This document shows, piece by piece, positions 38,926-49,355 of a stretch of DNA of 64,000 bases. Within the stretch, counting starts at the first letter, position 1; each line of letters opens with the position of its first letter. Source of the DNA: an uncultured Chloroflexia bacterium (GTDB lineage: Bacteria > Chloroflexota > Limnocylindria > QHBO01); contig CAWJZO010000001.1 in NCBI GenBank assembly GCA_963847375.1, positions 703,986 to 767,985 of the forward strand, written 5' to 3'. Both the position numbers and the translations under genes were made by a program. The notes under the pieces were generated by a model that was not told the origin of the DNA, did no database searches, and was given only the letters and a program-made list of their open reading frames with translations.

Positions 38926-40581
38926 CTACATCGAGTCCGGGGCGGTGATCCCGAGCAGCCCGAGCGTGTTGGCCAGGACCGATCGCGTCGCGTCCACCAG
39001 CGCCAGTCGCGCGGCCGACAGGTCGGCGTCCTCGCTGAGCACCTTGCAGTCGCGGTAGAAGGCGCTGAAGGCGCTCGCCAGCTCATAGGCGTAGCGCGGC
39101 ACCTCGTGCGTCTCGCGGCGGTCGGCCGCGGTGCCGACCGCATCGGGCTGGTCGAGGAGGTGGCGGGTGAGGGCCAGCTCGGACGGGTGCACCAGCAGCT
39201 CTCCGGCGCGCTCGTCGCTCGGGGCGGCGCCGACCTCGGAGGCGTGGCGCAGGATCGACGACGCCCGGGCATGCGCATACTGCACGTAGTAGACGGGGTT
39301 CTCGTGGCTCTGGCGCTTGGCGAGCTCGAGGTCGAAGTCGATGCCGCTCGTGAACGCGCGAGAGGCGAAGAACCAGCGAACCGGGTCGGCGCCGACCTCG
39401 GCCATCAGGTCGTCGAGCGACACGAACTCGCCGGAGCGCTTGCTCATGCTGACCGCCTCACCCTCGCGGACGAAGCGGACCCAGGAATAGAGCAGGATGC
39501 GGACGGCCTCCGGATCGTGGCCAAGCGCCTCGGCCGCATGGAGCAGCCGCGCCACCGCGCCGTGATGGTTCTCGCCCCACACGTAGACGAGCTCATCGAA
39601 GCCACGGCTGAACTTCTCGCTGACATAGCCGATGTCCGCGGCGAAGTAGGTCGGCCCTCCGTTGGACCGATAGATCACGCGGTCACGGTCGTCGCCGAAG
39701 GCGGTCGAGCGGAACCAGGTCGCGCCCTCGGACTCGTAGACGTAGCCGGCCTCGCGCAGGCGCTCGACACCGCGGGCCACCCAGCCATCGTCGTGGATCG
39801 AGCTCTCCGTCGTCCACACATCGAAGTGGACGCCAAGTTCCTCGAGGCTGGCCTCGATTCCGCGCCGCTGGACCTCGGATGCCCACCGTCCGTAGATCCA
39901 GTCGGCCTCGTCCGGCCCGGCGGCCGCAGCCTCGCCCACCACTTCCTCCGGGACCGATGCGGCCATCTCCTTCACGTAGTCGCCGCGATACCCGTCCTCG
40001 GGGAGCGGCGTCCCCGCCCGCAGCGCGCGGACCGATCCGCCGAGCGCCTTCACCTGGCCGCCGAAGTCGTTGAAGTAGTACTCGCGCGTCACGTCGTGGC
40101 CGGCCGCCTCGAGGACGCGGCAGAGGACGTCGCCGACGAAGGCGCCGCGCGCGTTGCCGATGTGGAGCGGACCGGTGGGGTTGGCGCTCACGAACTCGAC
40201 GTCGATGCGCTTCGGCTCGGTCGCCGTTCCGCGGCCGTACGCCGGGCCGGCCACGCGGATCGGACCGACCTGCGCCGCGACCCAGGCCGGATCGAGGCGG
40301 AAGTTCAAAAAGCCCGGCGCGGCGACCATGACCTCAGCGACGGACGGCGGCGGCTCGAAGTGCTCGAGCAGCGACTTGGCGATGCTGAGTGGAGCGGCTC
40401 GCGCGACGGGAGCGAGCTGCATGGCCGCGTTGCTGGCCCAGTCACCGTGTCCCGGGTTGGCGGGCCGCTCGAGGCCGATCGGCGGGAGGGGAGCGTCGTG
40501 GGGGATCGCCAGGGCGCCGGACGCGGCCGCGCGGTCTCGCGCATCGGCGATCGCTCGAGAGATCTCGGACCGAAGGCTCAT
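38926..40581 (-). CDS. argS: arginine--tRNA ligase
   Basis: SANPTGPLHIGNARG (HIGH motif), MSKRSG (KMSKS-like) and the C-terminal DALR anticodon-binding region. Confidence 0.95.
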   Translation of the reverse strand: MSLRSEISRAIADARDRAAASGALAIPHDAPLPPIGLERPANPGHGDWASNAAMQLAPVARAAPLSIAKSLLEHFEPPPSVAEVMVAAPGFLNFRLDPAWVAAQVGPIRVAGPAYGRGTATEPKRIDVEFVSANPTGPLHIGNARGAFVGDVLCRVLEAAGHDVTREYYFNDFGGQVKALGGSVRALRAGTPLPEDGYRGDYVKEMAASVPEEVVGEAAAAGPDEADWIYGRWASEVQRRGIEASLEELGVHFDVWTTESSIHDDGWVARGVERLREAGYVYESEGATWFRSTAFGDDRDRVIYRSNGGPTYFAADIGYVSEKFSRGFDELVYVWGENHHGAVARLLHAAEALGHDPEAVRILLYSWVRFVREGEAVSMSKRSGEFVSLDDLMAEVGADPVRWFFASRAFTSGIDFDLELAKRQSHENPVYYVQYAHARASSILRHASEVGAAPSDERAGELLVHPSELALTRHLLDQPDAVGTAADRRETHEVPRYAYELASAFSAFYRDCKVLSEDADLSAARLALVDATRSVLANTLGLLGITAPDSM

Positions 40582-40619
40582 GGGCCTCGGAGTCTAGCGC
40601 CCGGGCCCCCGAGCGCCGA

Positions 40620-40790
40620 TCAGGGCTGAGCGGCTCGGTCGGCGGTCGTCGCCCGAGGCGGCGGTGCCTGTCCGGCGCCCGGATCGGCCGCCACGGCTCC
40701 CCCGAAGGCCAGCGACACGATCATCCAGGCGGCGGCCAGCGCGATGAGGATCCGATTCGGTCGCCCTGTCGGCGCGGTGCCTGCCTTCAT
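40620..40790 (-). CDS. possible small membrane protein
   Basis: MKAGTAPTGRPNRILIALAAAWMIVSLAFGGAVAA… contains one TM helix. It could be spurious. Confidence 0.3.
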   Translation of the reverse strand: MKAGTAPTGRPNRILIALAAAWMIVSLAFGGAVAADPGAGQAPPPRATTADRAAQP

Positions 40791-40868
40791 GGTCGCCGTC
40801 TTGACGTTCCGCACGCGGTTCACATTGCAAGCCGGCTGCCACCGTCGGGGCCGCCACGCACCGGTTCG

Positions 40869-41783
40869 TCATCGGTCTCGCGCAAGGCGCAGCTCGAGCG
40901 CCTGATCGGCGCCGAAGTCGACGAGACCGAGCGCGTCGGCGGCAACCTCGAGGAGGGCGCCCGTTGGCGCCAGGCCGATGAGCTCGCAGTGCTCGATGTC
41001 GGTGCCGGCCTCACGCGCCAGCCGTCGCACCTCGCGCACGACGGCCGAGATGCCGGTCCGCTCCCAGTCGATAAGGTTGGTGCTCACCTGCGCCATCGGC
41101 CGGCTGCCGGGATTGTCGAGGAGCACGCCCATGGCCTGGACGGCCGGCATGCCGCCCGAGCTCTCTCGGATCGCCGTGGCGATCTTGATCGCGACGGCCA
41201 GCTCGTCGGTCCGCAGGTTGATGTTGAAGGCGATGAGCGGCTTGCGGGCGCCGACCGCGACCGCGCCGCCTCTCGGATGGACGCGAGCGGGGCCGTAGTC
41301 CGGCGCGCGCGCTGGCAGCGAGCCGATCTCGTCGCGGATGCCCTCGTACTGGCCGCGGCGGACGTCCGCGAGCCGTCGGCGATCGGCGCGGATGGCCGCC
41401 GCACCGTAGAGATACACGGGCAGGTCGAAGCGCATCGCGATCTGCTCGCCGAACCGGCGCGCCAAGTCCACGCACTCCTCGAGGCGGGTCGAGCCGAGCG
41501 GCACGAAGGGGATCACGTCGACGGCGCCGATCCGGGGATGGGCTCCGGTGTGCTGCTCCATGTCGATGAGCTCGAGCGCGCGGCCGACGCCCGCGGTCGC
41601 GGCGCGCACCACCGGTTCCGCGCTGCCGGCGAAGGTGACGACGCTGCGGTTGTGGGTGGGATCGAGGGAATGGTCGAGGACCGTGACGCCGTCGATCTGT
41701 CCGATGGCGTGCACGATCTCCTCGACCACCTCTGGTCGGCGTCCCTCGCTGAAGTTGGGGACGCATTCGATCAAGCCCGGCAC
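40869..41783 (-). CDS. glutamate formimidoyltransferase
   Basis: LIECVPNFSEGRR, DPTHNRSV and HPRIGAVDVIPFVP. GTG 41783 is favoured (TAGGAT 7 nt upstream); alternatives are ATG 41819 and 41828. Confidence 0.85.
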   Translation of the reverse strand: MPGLIECVPNFSEGRRPEVVEEIVHAIGQIDGVTVLDHSLDPTHNRSVVTFAGSAEPVVRAATAGVGRALELIDMEQHTGAHPRIGAVDVIPFVPLGSTRLEECVDLARRFGEQIAMRFDLPVYLYGAAAIRADRRRLADVRRGQYEGIRDEIGSLPARAPDYGPARVHPRGGAVAVGARKPLIAFNINLRTDELAVAIKIATAIRESSGGMPAVQAMGVLLDNPGSRPMAQVSTNLIDWERTGISAVVREVRRLAREAGTDIEHCELIGLAPTGALLEVAADALGLVDFGADQALELRLARDR

Positions 41784-41790
41784 CTGACCG

Positions 41791-41796
41791 ATCCTA
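41791..41796 (-). promoter_or_regulatory. -10-like TAGGAT, 7 nt before the GTG (leaderless-type)
   Basis: Minus strand reads TAGGAT-cggtcag-GTG. Confidence 0.3.
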
Positions 41797-41805
41797 GCGG
41801 GCTGG

Positions 41806-41811
41806 TACGCT
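41806..41811 (+). promoter_or_regulatory. -10-like TACGCT, 6 nt before the rsmI ATG (leaderless-type)
   Basis: TACGCT-cgccgc-ATG. Confidence 0.35.
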
Positions 41812-41817
41812 CGCCGC

Positions 41818-42648
41818 ATGACCGGCACCCTCTACCTCGTCGCCGTGCCGATCGGGAACTCCGACGACCTGAGCCCGCGAGCTCGAGAGACGCTTCGGGC
41901 CGCTAGCGTCGTCGCGGCCGAGGACACCCGCCACTTCGCGACCCTTGCTCGCCACCACGGCCTCCGACCGCGGGCCGTCAGCTACCACGATCATAACGAG
42001 GCGGTTCGAACGGCCGAGCTGCTCGGACGCCTCAGCGCCGGCGACGATGTCGCGCTCGTGACCGACGCCGGCACGCCGCTCATCAGCGACCCCGGCTACC
42101 GCCTCGTCCGCGCGGCGATCGACGCGGGGATCGGTGTGACCAGCGTCCCGGGCGCGTCCGCCGTCACGACCGCCCTGTCGGCGTCGGGCCTGCCGCCGCA
42201 CCCGTTCCGTTTCATCGGTTTCCTGCCGCGGGCGGCCGCCGCGCGCCGGGCGGCATTGGAGGCGGTCGCGAGCGATCCGGCGACCCTCGTCGCCTTCGAA
42301 GCGCCGCGCCGCCTGACCGGTGCGCTGCGCGACGCACTCTCCACCCTCGGCGACCGGCCCGCCTGCCTCGCACGGAGCTTGACCAAGCCACAGGAGCGTT
42401 ACCAGCGTGGGACGCTGTCGCAGATTGTCTCCGAGCTCGAAGCCGAGGGCGAGATTCGTGGCGAGTCCACGATCGTCATCGGCGGCGCGACCGAAGCGCC
42501 GGCACCCAGCGCCGAAGCCGAGGCGGACGCGCGCCTGCTCCTGGATGGCGGAGCCCCGGCGCGTGCGATCCAGGCGTTGCTGGTCGAGCGGCGTGGCCTC
42601 TCCCGGCGCTCGGCGTACGACCTGCTGCTCCGCCTGCGACGCGAATGA
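41818..42648 (+). CDS. rsmI: 16S rRNA (cytidine1402-2'-O)-methyltransferase
   Basis: LYLVAVPIGNSDDLSPRA…AAEDTRH…LVTDAGTPLISDPG…PGASA are tetrapyrrole-methylase-fold RsmI motifs. Confidence 0.9.
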   Translation: MTGTLYLVAVPIGNSDDLSPRARETLRAASVVAAEDTRHFATLARHHGLRPRAVSYHDHNEAVRTAELLGRLSAGDDVALVTDAGTPLISDPGYRLVRAAIDAGIGVTSVPGASAVTTALSASGLPPHPFRFIGFLPRAAAARRAALEAVASDPATLVAFEAPRRLTGALRDALSTLGDRPACLARSLTKPQERYQRGTLSQIVSELEAEGEIRGESTIVIGGATEAPAPSAEAEADARLLLDGGAPARAIQALLVERRGLSRRSAYDLLLRLRRE

Positions 42649-43451
42649 CCGAGCCGATCGTCGACCGCGTGCTCCGCTCCGCACGCTACCGCGACGTCGA
42701 CCGGGTCCTGCTCGACCGGCTGGCCGCCGAGGAGCTGCCGAAGGCGCGGAACGCGGATGACGCGGTGAAGCGCGTGAAGCGCCGGCTGCATCAGGCCGTC
42801 GGCGCGTATCGGGGGGCGCGGGCGACGGACGCCCTGGCTGCGGTCCGCACGGCCTGGGGCGGTGACGTCACGGACCCGGGGTTCCGAGCCGCTTGCGCCG
42901 AGGCGCTGCGGACCCATGCCTCGACCGCCGAGCGGCTGCGGTACCTCGAGCGCTTCTTCGCGCCGATCTGGGAGCTGACCGGGGGCCCACCCCGGGCCCT
43001 GCTCGACCTCGGTTGCGGGCTCGGGCCGCTGGCTCTGCCATGGATGGGGCTGCCGCGCACCGCGACATACCACGCCTCAGACGTCGATCGTCGATCGCTC
43101 GAGGTGGCCGGCGAGTTCCTCGAGCTGGTCGGCCAGCCGCACGCGATCCACGCCGGCGACCTCGTCGCCGACGGCCCACCCCAAGTCCACGCCGATGTCG
43201 CCCTGCTCCTCAAGCTCGTCCCGCTGCTCGATCGGCAGGATCCGTCTGCGGCGACGCGCGTGCTGCACGCGCTGGATGCGCGGTACGCGGTCATCACCTT
43301 CCCGTCGCGATCCCTCGGCGGTGGCCGGCGCGGAATGGCGGCCACGTATCGGCGACGCCTCGACGACCTGGCCGCGGAAACGCGGGTCAGCGACGCGCGT
43401 GAGGCATCGGTCCCGAACGAGCTTGTGTTCGTGCTCAGCCTGCATGGGTGA
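42645..43451 (+). CDS. 16S rRNA methyltransferase of the Sgm/Kgm/ArmA/Rmt (FmrO) family, which methylates guanine1405-N7
   Basis: Collinear with my recollection of Sgm: SARYRDV, DAVKRVKRRLHQAVGAY, HASTAERL, LLDLGCGLGPLALPWMGLP, YHASDVD, ADVALLLKLVPLL, ITFPSRSLGG..RGM and NELVFVL. ATGA overlap with rsmI. Confidence 0.75.
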   Translation: MTEPIVDRVLRSARYRDVDRVLLDRLAAEELPKARNADDAVKRVKRRLHQAVGAYRGARATDALAAVRTAWGGDVTDPGFRAACAEALRTHASTAERLRYLERFFAPIWELTGGPPRALLDLGCGLGPLALPWMGLPRTATYHASDVDRRSLEVAGEFLELVGQPHAIHAGDLVADGPPQVHADVALLLKLVPLLDRQDPSAATRVLHALDARYAVITFPSRSLGGGRRGMAATYRRRLDDLAAETRVSDAREASVPNELVFVLSLHG

Positions 43452-44523
43452 GCCACTCGTCACCGGCCGCGGCACCCTGGCCGTGCCGAGCTTCCTGCCG
43501 GACGCGACCCGCGCCGGCGTGCGCGGGGTGAGCAGCGAGGACCTGCGGACCGTCGGCGTCGAGGGGGTCGTCGTGAACGCCTTCCACCTGCTGCGGCGGC
43601 CCGGCGCGCGGGTGGTGCAGGCGGCCGGAGGCATCCATCGGTTCATGGATTGGGATCGGCCGGTCATCAGCGACTCGGGCGGCTTCCAGGTCTGGAGCCT
43701 CATTCGCCAGGACCCGAACCGTGGAGTCATCCGCGACAACGAGGTCATCTTCCGCGAGCCGGCGACCGGCGAGAAGTGGAACCTGACCCCAGAGCGGATC
43801 GTGAACCTCCAGCTCCAGCTCGGCAGCGACGTGGTCGTCTGCCTCGACGACTGCACCGATGCGGAAGCCCCCGAAGCCGAGCAGGAACGCAGTGTCGAGC
43901 GGACCGTGCGCTGGGCGCGGCGCTGCCGGGACGAGCTCGACCGCCAGGTCGCGCAGCGGGGCGGCGTGGCCCCGAGGATCTTCGCCGTGGTCCAGGGCGG
44001 CGGGGTCGAGTCGCTGCGGCGGCACTGCGCGACCGCGCTGGCCGAGATCGGCTTCGACGGCTACGGCTTCGGCGGCTGGCCGCTCGCCGCCGATGGCACG
44101 CTGCTCGACGAGCCGATGCGCTGGGTCGCTGACTCGCTGCCGGCCGAGGCGCCCAAGCACGCGCTCGGGGTGGGCCGGCCGGACCACGTGGTCAACGCCT
44201 TCGCCATCGGCTACTCGGTGTTCGACTGCGCGCTGCCGACCCGCGACGCGCGCCACGGTCGCCTGTACGCGTTCCGCGATGGCTGGGCCGCGCGCCGGCC
44301 CGCGCCGGGTGACGACTTCTTCCGCGCGGTGCGCATTCACGACGCGCCGTACCGGGTCGCGCACGGACCGATCGAGGACGGCTGCGACTGCCCGGTCTGC
44401 AGACGCCACTCGGCGGCCTACCTGCACCACCTGTTCAAGGTCGGAGATACCTCCGCCGAGCGGCTGGCCACGCTCCACAACCTGCGGTTCTACGTTCGCC
44501 TCTTCGAGCGCCTCCGCACCTAG
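43444..44523 (+). CDS. tgt: tRNA-guanine transglycosylase family protein (divergent)
   Basis: DSGGFQVWSL, CLDDCT, VVQGG, LGVGRPD, FDCALPTRDARHG and the zinc site CDCPVC…H. GFGGWPL replaces the usual GYAIGGL. 8-nt overlap with the upstream gene. Confidence 0.78.
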   Translation: MGEPLVTGRGTLAVPSFLPDATRAGVRGVSSEDLRTVGVEGVVVNAFHLLRRPGARVVQAAGGIHRFMDWDRPVISDSGGFQVWSLIRQDPNRGVIRDNEVIFREPATGEKWNLTPERIVNLQLQLGSDVVVCLDDCTDAEAPEAEQERSVERTVRWARRCRDELDRQVAQRGGVAPRIFAVVQGGGVESLRRHCATALAEIGFDGYGFGGWPLAADGTLLDEPMRWVADSLPAEAPKHALGVGRPDHVVNAFAIGYSVFDCALPTRDARHGRLYAFRDGWAARRPAPGDDFFRAVRIHDAPYRVAHGPIEDGCDCPVCRRHSAAYLHHLFKVGDTSAERLATLHNLRFYVRLFERLRT

Positions 44524-44526
44524 CGG

Positions 44527-45621
44527 TCAGGCGTGGGCGGCAGCCTGGGCGGCGTCCTCACGACCGAGCGTGTCCGGGTTCATGCTGCGGGCGCGGGCGA
44601 GGCGCTCGGTGAGCAGCTGGAGCGCGATCGCCGATGCCAGCAACGACCCCGCGAGCGCGGGCACGCGGCCGGTATGTGGTAGCTCGATCCGGCCCGCGGG
44701 TGTCTCGTCGGGGTCGAGCTCGCCGGCGATCTCGTCGCCGATGATCGCGGCCGCCGGCACGGACAGCGCCTTCGCCGCGGCGAGGAGCCTGTGCGCGCGG
44801 GCGAGGACCGCCGGCGATCCATCGGTCAGGACGACGACCAAGCCGGTCCAGCGGGTGACGGCCGCGAGGTGGCCGTGGAGCACGGTCTCGAGCTCGAACG
44901 CCGTCGCAGCGAGCCGCGGACCCTCGCTGATCTTGAGCGCCAGCTCGCGAGCGCTGATCGCGTCCGGCCCTGCCCCGGCCGCGACGATGCGATCGGTCGC
45001 GACCAGGGCCGCCGCGATCTCGGCAGCGCCGTGGGCATCCTGGCTGACGTCGAGGAGCGCGCGAATGGCCGCCGCGTCGAGGCGCGTTCGTCGCAGCTTC
45101 GCCGCCAGCGCCATCCCCGTGACCAGTGGCGCCAAGTATCCGACGGTGTGGCACCAGCTCTGGTCCTGCTCCTCGGTGGTGATGACGAGGTCCGCCAGCG
45201 CCGCGCCGGGCGATCCGGCGCCGACGGTGATCAGCGCGGTCGTGGCGCCGGCGGCCTGTGCGGCACGCATGGCCTCGAGGGTCGCGTGCGTGCCGCCCTC
45301 GTGCGAGACGGCCAGCAGCAAGCCGTTGGCGAGCGGCTTTCGCAACGTCTCGAGGGCCTGCGCCGCTCGGACCTCGTGACCGGCGGGGAGGTTCAGCGCC
45401 TCGCTGACGAGCATCGCGATGCCCATCGCCGCGTGCTCACTGGTTCCACATCCGGTCGTCTGGATGGGACGGCCGGAGTCGACGGCCTCGCGAATCTCGG
45501 CTGCAACTCGATCGAGTGTTGCGTCCTTCGCGAGGCGTCGGACGAGGCGCTCGGCGACCGCGGGCTCGGCGGCGATCATCTCGCTCATCACATACGGCGG
45601 ACGCGAACGGAACGGCGGCAT
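44527..45621 (-). CDS. SIS-domain sugar-phosphate isomerase/aminotransferase-like protein (GlmS isomerase-domain-like)
   Basis: TTGCGTSEHAA and LLLAVSHEGGT motifs. Two SIS repeats. No glutaminase domain. Confidence 0.7.
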   Translation of the reverse strand: MPPFRSRPPYVMSEMIAAEPAVAERLVRRLAKDATLDRVAAEIREAVDSGRPIQTTGCGTSEHAAMGIAMLVSEALNLPAGHEVRAAQALETLRKPLANGLLLAVSHEGGTHATLEAMRAAQAAGATTALITVGAGSPGAALADLVITTEEQDQSWCHTVGYLAPLVTGMALAAKLRRTRLDAAAIRALLDVSQDAHGAAEIAAALVATDRIVAAGAGPDAISARELALKISEGPRLAATAFELETVLHGHLAAVTRWTGLVVVLTDGSPAVLARAHRLLAAAKALSVPAAAIIGDEIAGELDPDETPAGRIELPHTGRVPALAGSLLASAIALQLLTERLARARSMNPDTLGREDAAQAAAHA

Positions 45622-45689
45622 GCTCGACCCCACCCACGGATCCGGGGCGCCGGGCAGCGGCTGGTGTGGTGAGCGCGGCATCGGCGGTG

Positions 45690-46169
45690 TCAGAACGGCT
45701 TGAGGACCATGAGCGCCACGATGATCGCCAGGGCTCCAAGCTCGGCGATGTGCGCAGCACGCAGGGTCGGATCGGCGAACGAGGCACGAAGCTCCGGGGT
45801 GACCTCGCCGGCCGCGCGAGCCCCATCGAGGGCGACGGCGAAGCGCCGGCCCCTCGGCAGGAAGACCGTCGGAACGAGCAGAAAGAGCCCGAGGGAGAGG
45901 ACGAGCGCCGCGAGCATCCACCCCGTCGTGAGGCCCAGCCAGGGATAGCTCTGCGCCCACGCGGTCAGGAGGCCAGCCGCGAGAACCAGGAACGAGCTGA
46001 CGCGCACGATCATCTCGAATGGCTCCGACGCCTCCAGCAGCGCCTGGGTGCGCTCGAGCCGCTCGCTGCGCTGCGCGGCCGCGAGCAGCAGCCAGCGTCC
46101 GACGATGCCGGTGACGAGGGCCATCGCCAGCGCGACGTGCGTCAGCTTGAGGAGACCGGCGACGTCCAT
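45690..46169 (-). CDS. integral membrane protein (DUF2269-like)
   Basis: 159 aa with four TM helices. Confidence 0.55.
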   Translation of the reverse strand: MDVAGLLKLTHVALAMALVTGIVGRWLLLAAAQRSERLERTQALLEASEPFEMIVRVSSFLVLAAGLLTAWAQSYPWLGLTTGWMLAALVLSLGLFLLVPTVFLPRGRRFAVALDGARAAGEVTPELRASFADPTLRAAHIAELGALAIIVALMVLKPF

Positions 46170-46173
46170 CGAC

Positions 46174-47853
46174 TCAGCCGTCGGTGTGCATCGGGATGCG
46201 CACCCCGCGTTCGTCGGCGACGTCGAGCGCGCGCTCGTAGCCCGCGTCGGCGTGGCGCAGGACGCCCATGCCCGGGTCGCTGGTCAGCACGCGCTCCAGG
46301 CGGGCGGCAGCCTCGGGCGTGCCGTCGGCTACGACGACCATCCCGGCGTGGAGGCTGTAGCCGATGCCGACGCCTCCGCCGTGGTGGAAGCTCACCCACG
46401 TCGCGCCCGCAGCCGTGTTGACGAGGGCGTTGAGGATCGGCCAGTCGGCGATCGCGTCGGAGCCGTCGCGCATCGCCTCGGTCTCGCGGTTCGGGCTGGC
46501 CACCGAGCCGGCGTCGAGGTGGTCGCGGCCGATGACGATCGGCGCGGCGACCTCGCCCGTGGCGACGAGCTCGTTGATGGCCAGGCCGGCGCGCGCCCGG
46601 TCGCCGTAGCCGAGCCAGCAGATCCGTGCGGGCAGGCCCTGGACCGGGACCTTCTCGGCGGCGAGCCGCAGCCAGCGCTGGAGTCCTTCGTCGTCGGGGA
46701 AGAGCTCCGCCAGCGCGCGGTCGATGCGCGCGATGTCCGCCACCTCGCCAGACAGCGCCGCGACCCGGAACGGGCCTTTGCCCTCGCAGAACAGCGGACG
46801 GATGAAGGCGGGCACAAAACCGGGGAAGTCGAAGGCGTTCTCGACGCCCGCCTCGCGGGCGAAGGCACGGATGTTGTTGCCATAGTCGAACGTCACGGAA
46901 CCGCTCCGCTGGAAGGCGAGCATCGCGCGCACGTGCTCAGCCATCGAGGCCTTGGCGCGCCGGACGTAGTCGTCGGGGTCGCTCGCGCGCAGGGCGAGCG
47001 CATCGGTCAGGGAGAGGCCGGCTGGAACGTAGCCGCTGAGCGGGTCGTGTGCGCTGGTCTGGTCGGTGACGAGGTCGGGGCGCCAAGCGCGGCGGACCAA
47101 TTCCGGCAGGACGTCAGCGGCATTGGCGACGAGCGCCACCGACTGACCGATGCGGTCCTGCCGCCACCGGTCGACCGTCGTCACGGCGTCGTCGAGGTCA
47201 CCGGTGAGCTCGTCGACGTAGCCGGCCTCCAGACGGCGGCGTGCCCTCGCCTCGTCCACCTCGACGACGAGCGCGGCGCCGCCATTCATCGTGACCGCCA
47301 GCGGCTGGGCGCCGCCCATGCCGCCCAGGCCGGCGGTGATCGTCGCCGTCCCGGCGAGGCTGCCGCCGAAGTGCTGGCGCGCGGCCTCGGCGAACGTCTC
47401 GTACGTGCCCTGGATGATTCCCTGGGTCGCGATGTAGATCCATGAGCCGGCGGTCATCTGGCCGTACATCGTGAGGCCCTTGCGTTCCAGCTCCCGGAAC
47501 TGCTCCCAGGTCGCCCAGTGCGGCACGAGGTTCGCGTTCGCGATCAGCACCCGCGGACTGTCGCGCGTCGTACGGAAGACGCCGACCGGCTTGCCGGACT
47601 GGATGAGCAGCGTCTCGTCGTTCTCCAGGCGTTGGAGTTCGGCGACGATCGCGTCGAAGGCCTCCCAGGAGCGCGCCGCCCGGCCGGTCCCGCCGTAGAC
47701 GACCAGGTTGTCCGGATCCTCGGCCACCTCAGGGTCGAGGTTGTTCATGAGCATCCGGAGGGCGGCTTCCTGCTGCCATCCCTTGCAGGAGAGCTCGGAG
47801 CCTCGCGAGGCGCGGACGGTGCGCGGACCGCTGCGGGGCTGGACGGCCGTCAT
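46174..47853 (-). CDS. hutU: urocanate hydratase
   Basis: [38 protein letters not shown] and FHHGGGVG. Confidence 0.95.
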   Translation of the reverse strand: MTAVQPRSGPRTVRASRGSELSCKGWQQEAALRMLMNNLDPEVAEDPDNLVVYGGTGRAARSWEAFDAIVAELQRLENDETLLIQSGKPVGVFRTTRDSPRVLIANANLVPHWATWEQFRELERKGLTMYGQMTAGSWIYIATQGIIQGTYETFAEAARQHFGGSLAGTATITAGLGGMGGAQPLAVTMNGGAALVVEVDEARARRRLEAGYVDELTGDLDDAVTTVDRWRQDRIGQSVALVANAADVLPELVRRAWRPDLVTDQTSAHDPLSGYVPAGLSLTDALALRASDPDDYVRRAKASMAEHVRAMLAFQRSGSVTFDYGNNIRAFAREAGVENAFDFPGFVPAFIRPLFCEGKGPFRVAALSGEVADIARIDRALAELFPDDEGLQRWLRLAAEKVPVQGLPARICWLGYGDRARAGLAINELVATGEVAAPIVIGRDHLDAGSVASPNRETEAMRDGSDAIADWPILNALVNTAAGATWVSFHHGGGVGIGYSLHAGMVVVADGTPEAAARLERVLTSDPGMGVLRHADAGYERALDVADERGVRIPMHTDG

Positions 47854-47878
47854 GCGCCGATGATACGGCGAGCTGTCG

Positions 47879-49261
47879 TCAGGGAGCCTCGTTGAACCAG
47901 AACGTGGCCCGTGATGAGGCGTGGCCGACGAGGATCAGCGTGTCGCCCTCGACAAAGGCGGCGTTGACCTGAGATCCGCGCATGCCCGCTCCCTCGAAGG
48001 AGAAGGCGGGGAACGGCAGCACCTCCCAGCTCCGACCATCACGCGAGATGCTCTGGCTGCCGTAGGTCTCGATGCGACCCTCGCTGCAGATCGCGTATCC
48101 TGCGGCGGCGTTCGCGATGAGCCACGGTCCGGCCGAGTGGAGGTCCGCGACCAGGTCAGAGCACCCGTCAGCGAACTCGGTGTCTGGCGGGACCGGGTAC
48201 AGCGGAATGCTCCCGGCCTCCGACCACTCCAGCCCGTTTGCCGAGGACCACACCGGCGCCTCCGTGGGTCGCGTCTCGGAGGCGGGCGTCCCGCCGATGG
48301 AAACCCAGTCGCCGCCGCGGTCCGCGATCGGCCCTCCAGGTGCGGCCGTGGCGTCGATCCAGGTCCGGCCATCCGACGAGGCCATTGTGAAGGGCGCGAA
48401 GGCCTCGCCGCGAGACCCGGTGGCCGCGAACCCGTCGTCCCCGGCTCCGATGTCGAAGAACTGCTCGCCAGTCGCCGCGGCGCGAACCATCTCCCAGCTA
48501 CGACCGTCGGCGGACAGCCACAGGCCTGAATCGGCCTCGCGAAAGATGTCCGGTGCGATGCTGATCAGCGCGAGGTAGCCGCGAGCGCCGTGGGCCAGCC
48601 GCTCGACCCGCCAGTAGCCGGTCAGGCCGATCGAGGTCTCGCTCCAGTCGCGTCCATCCGCTGACTCCCAGGCCATCGGTGTCGCGTCCTCGCTGGCCTC
48701 ATGCAGCGTGCCGAGCACGATCAACGTCCCGTCATCGGCCTGATACACGTGGCTCAGGCCAGCATCGGCGAACGTGCGCTCCGGCGTGACGTCCTCCCAC
48801 GATCGCCCGTCGACTGAATGCCAGACCCGCCCTTCCTGGGGCACCGGCCCAGAGTGCGGCATGTCCACGGCGCCGTACCACGTGCCCACGGCGATGAACC
48901 CGTCCGAGGTCCGCGCGGCGGACTCCGCGCGTTCGATCGTGCCTTCGGCGCCGAAGGCTGCGGCTTCCTGCCATCCGGTGACTGGCTCGGCCGTTGGTGA
49001 TGGGGTCGACTCGGGCGACGGGGACGAGGCGGCGGCAGTCGGCTCGGCAGTGGGCGATGCGGGCGCGACCGTGGGACTCGATCCGGTCTCGGCGGTGGGA
49101 TCGGGATCCGGTCGGAGGAAGAAAACGGCCAGGAGGATCGCCACGATCGCGGCGAGAACGCCGACGCCGATCAGGGCCGGCCGCGGTGGCCCGGAGCGAG
49201 GCGGCCTCGCGTCGCCCGCGGAGTCTGCCCCCTGAGCAGCTGGTCGTGGGGTCGTGTCCAT
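47879..49261 (-). CDS. membrane-anchored protein with BNR/sialidase-like beta-propeller repeats
   Basis: TM anchor [20 protein letters not shown], a Pro/Thr/Ser linker, then repeated S-x-D-G-x-x-W motifs ([48 protein letters not shown]). Confidence 0.65.
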   Translation of the reverse strand: MDTTPRPAAQGADSAGDARPPRSGPPRPALIGVGVLAAIVAILLAVFFLRPDPDPTAETGSSPTVAPASPTAEPTAAASSPSPESTPSPTAEPVTGWQEAAAFGAEGTIERAESAARTSDGFIAVGTWYGAVDMPHSGPVPQEGRVWHSVDGRSWEDVTPERTFADAGLSHVYQADDGTLIVLGTLHEASEDATPMAWESADGRDWSETSIGLTGYWRVERLAHGARGYLALISIAPDIFREADSGLWLSADGRSWEMVRAAATGEQFFDIGAGDDGFAATGSRGEAFAPFTMASSDGRTWIDATAAPGGPIADRGGDWVSIGGTPASETRPTEAPVWSSANGLEWSEAGSIPLYPVPPDTEFADGCSDLVADLHSAGPWLIANAAAGYAICSEGRIETYGSQSISRDGRSWEVLPFPAFSFEGAGMRGSQVNAAFVEGDTLILVGHASSRATFWFNEAP

Positions 49262-49355
49262 CTCGTCCTCGCTGGTCCCAGGACGTCACCCGATGGGTGA
49301 AGCCGGGCTCCTCACCGTGTCGATGCCGACCATGACGCGCCCGCCGCAGTTGATG

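Noticed and set aside
49286-49300. The palindrome TCACCCgatGGGTGA downstream of the ZIP transporter gene as a Zur box.
   Set aside because: It lies after the ZIP gene, not upstream of it, and is GC-rich, unlike known AT-rich Zur operators. It is more likely a small hairpin or chance.
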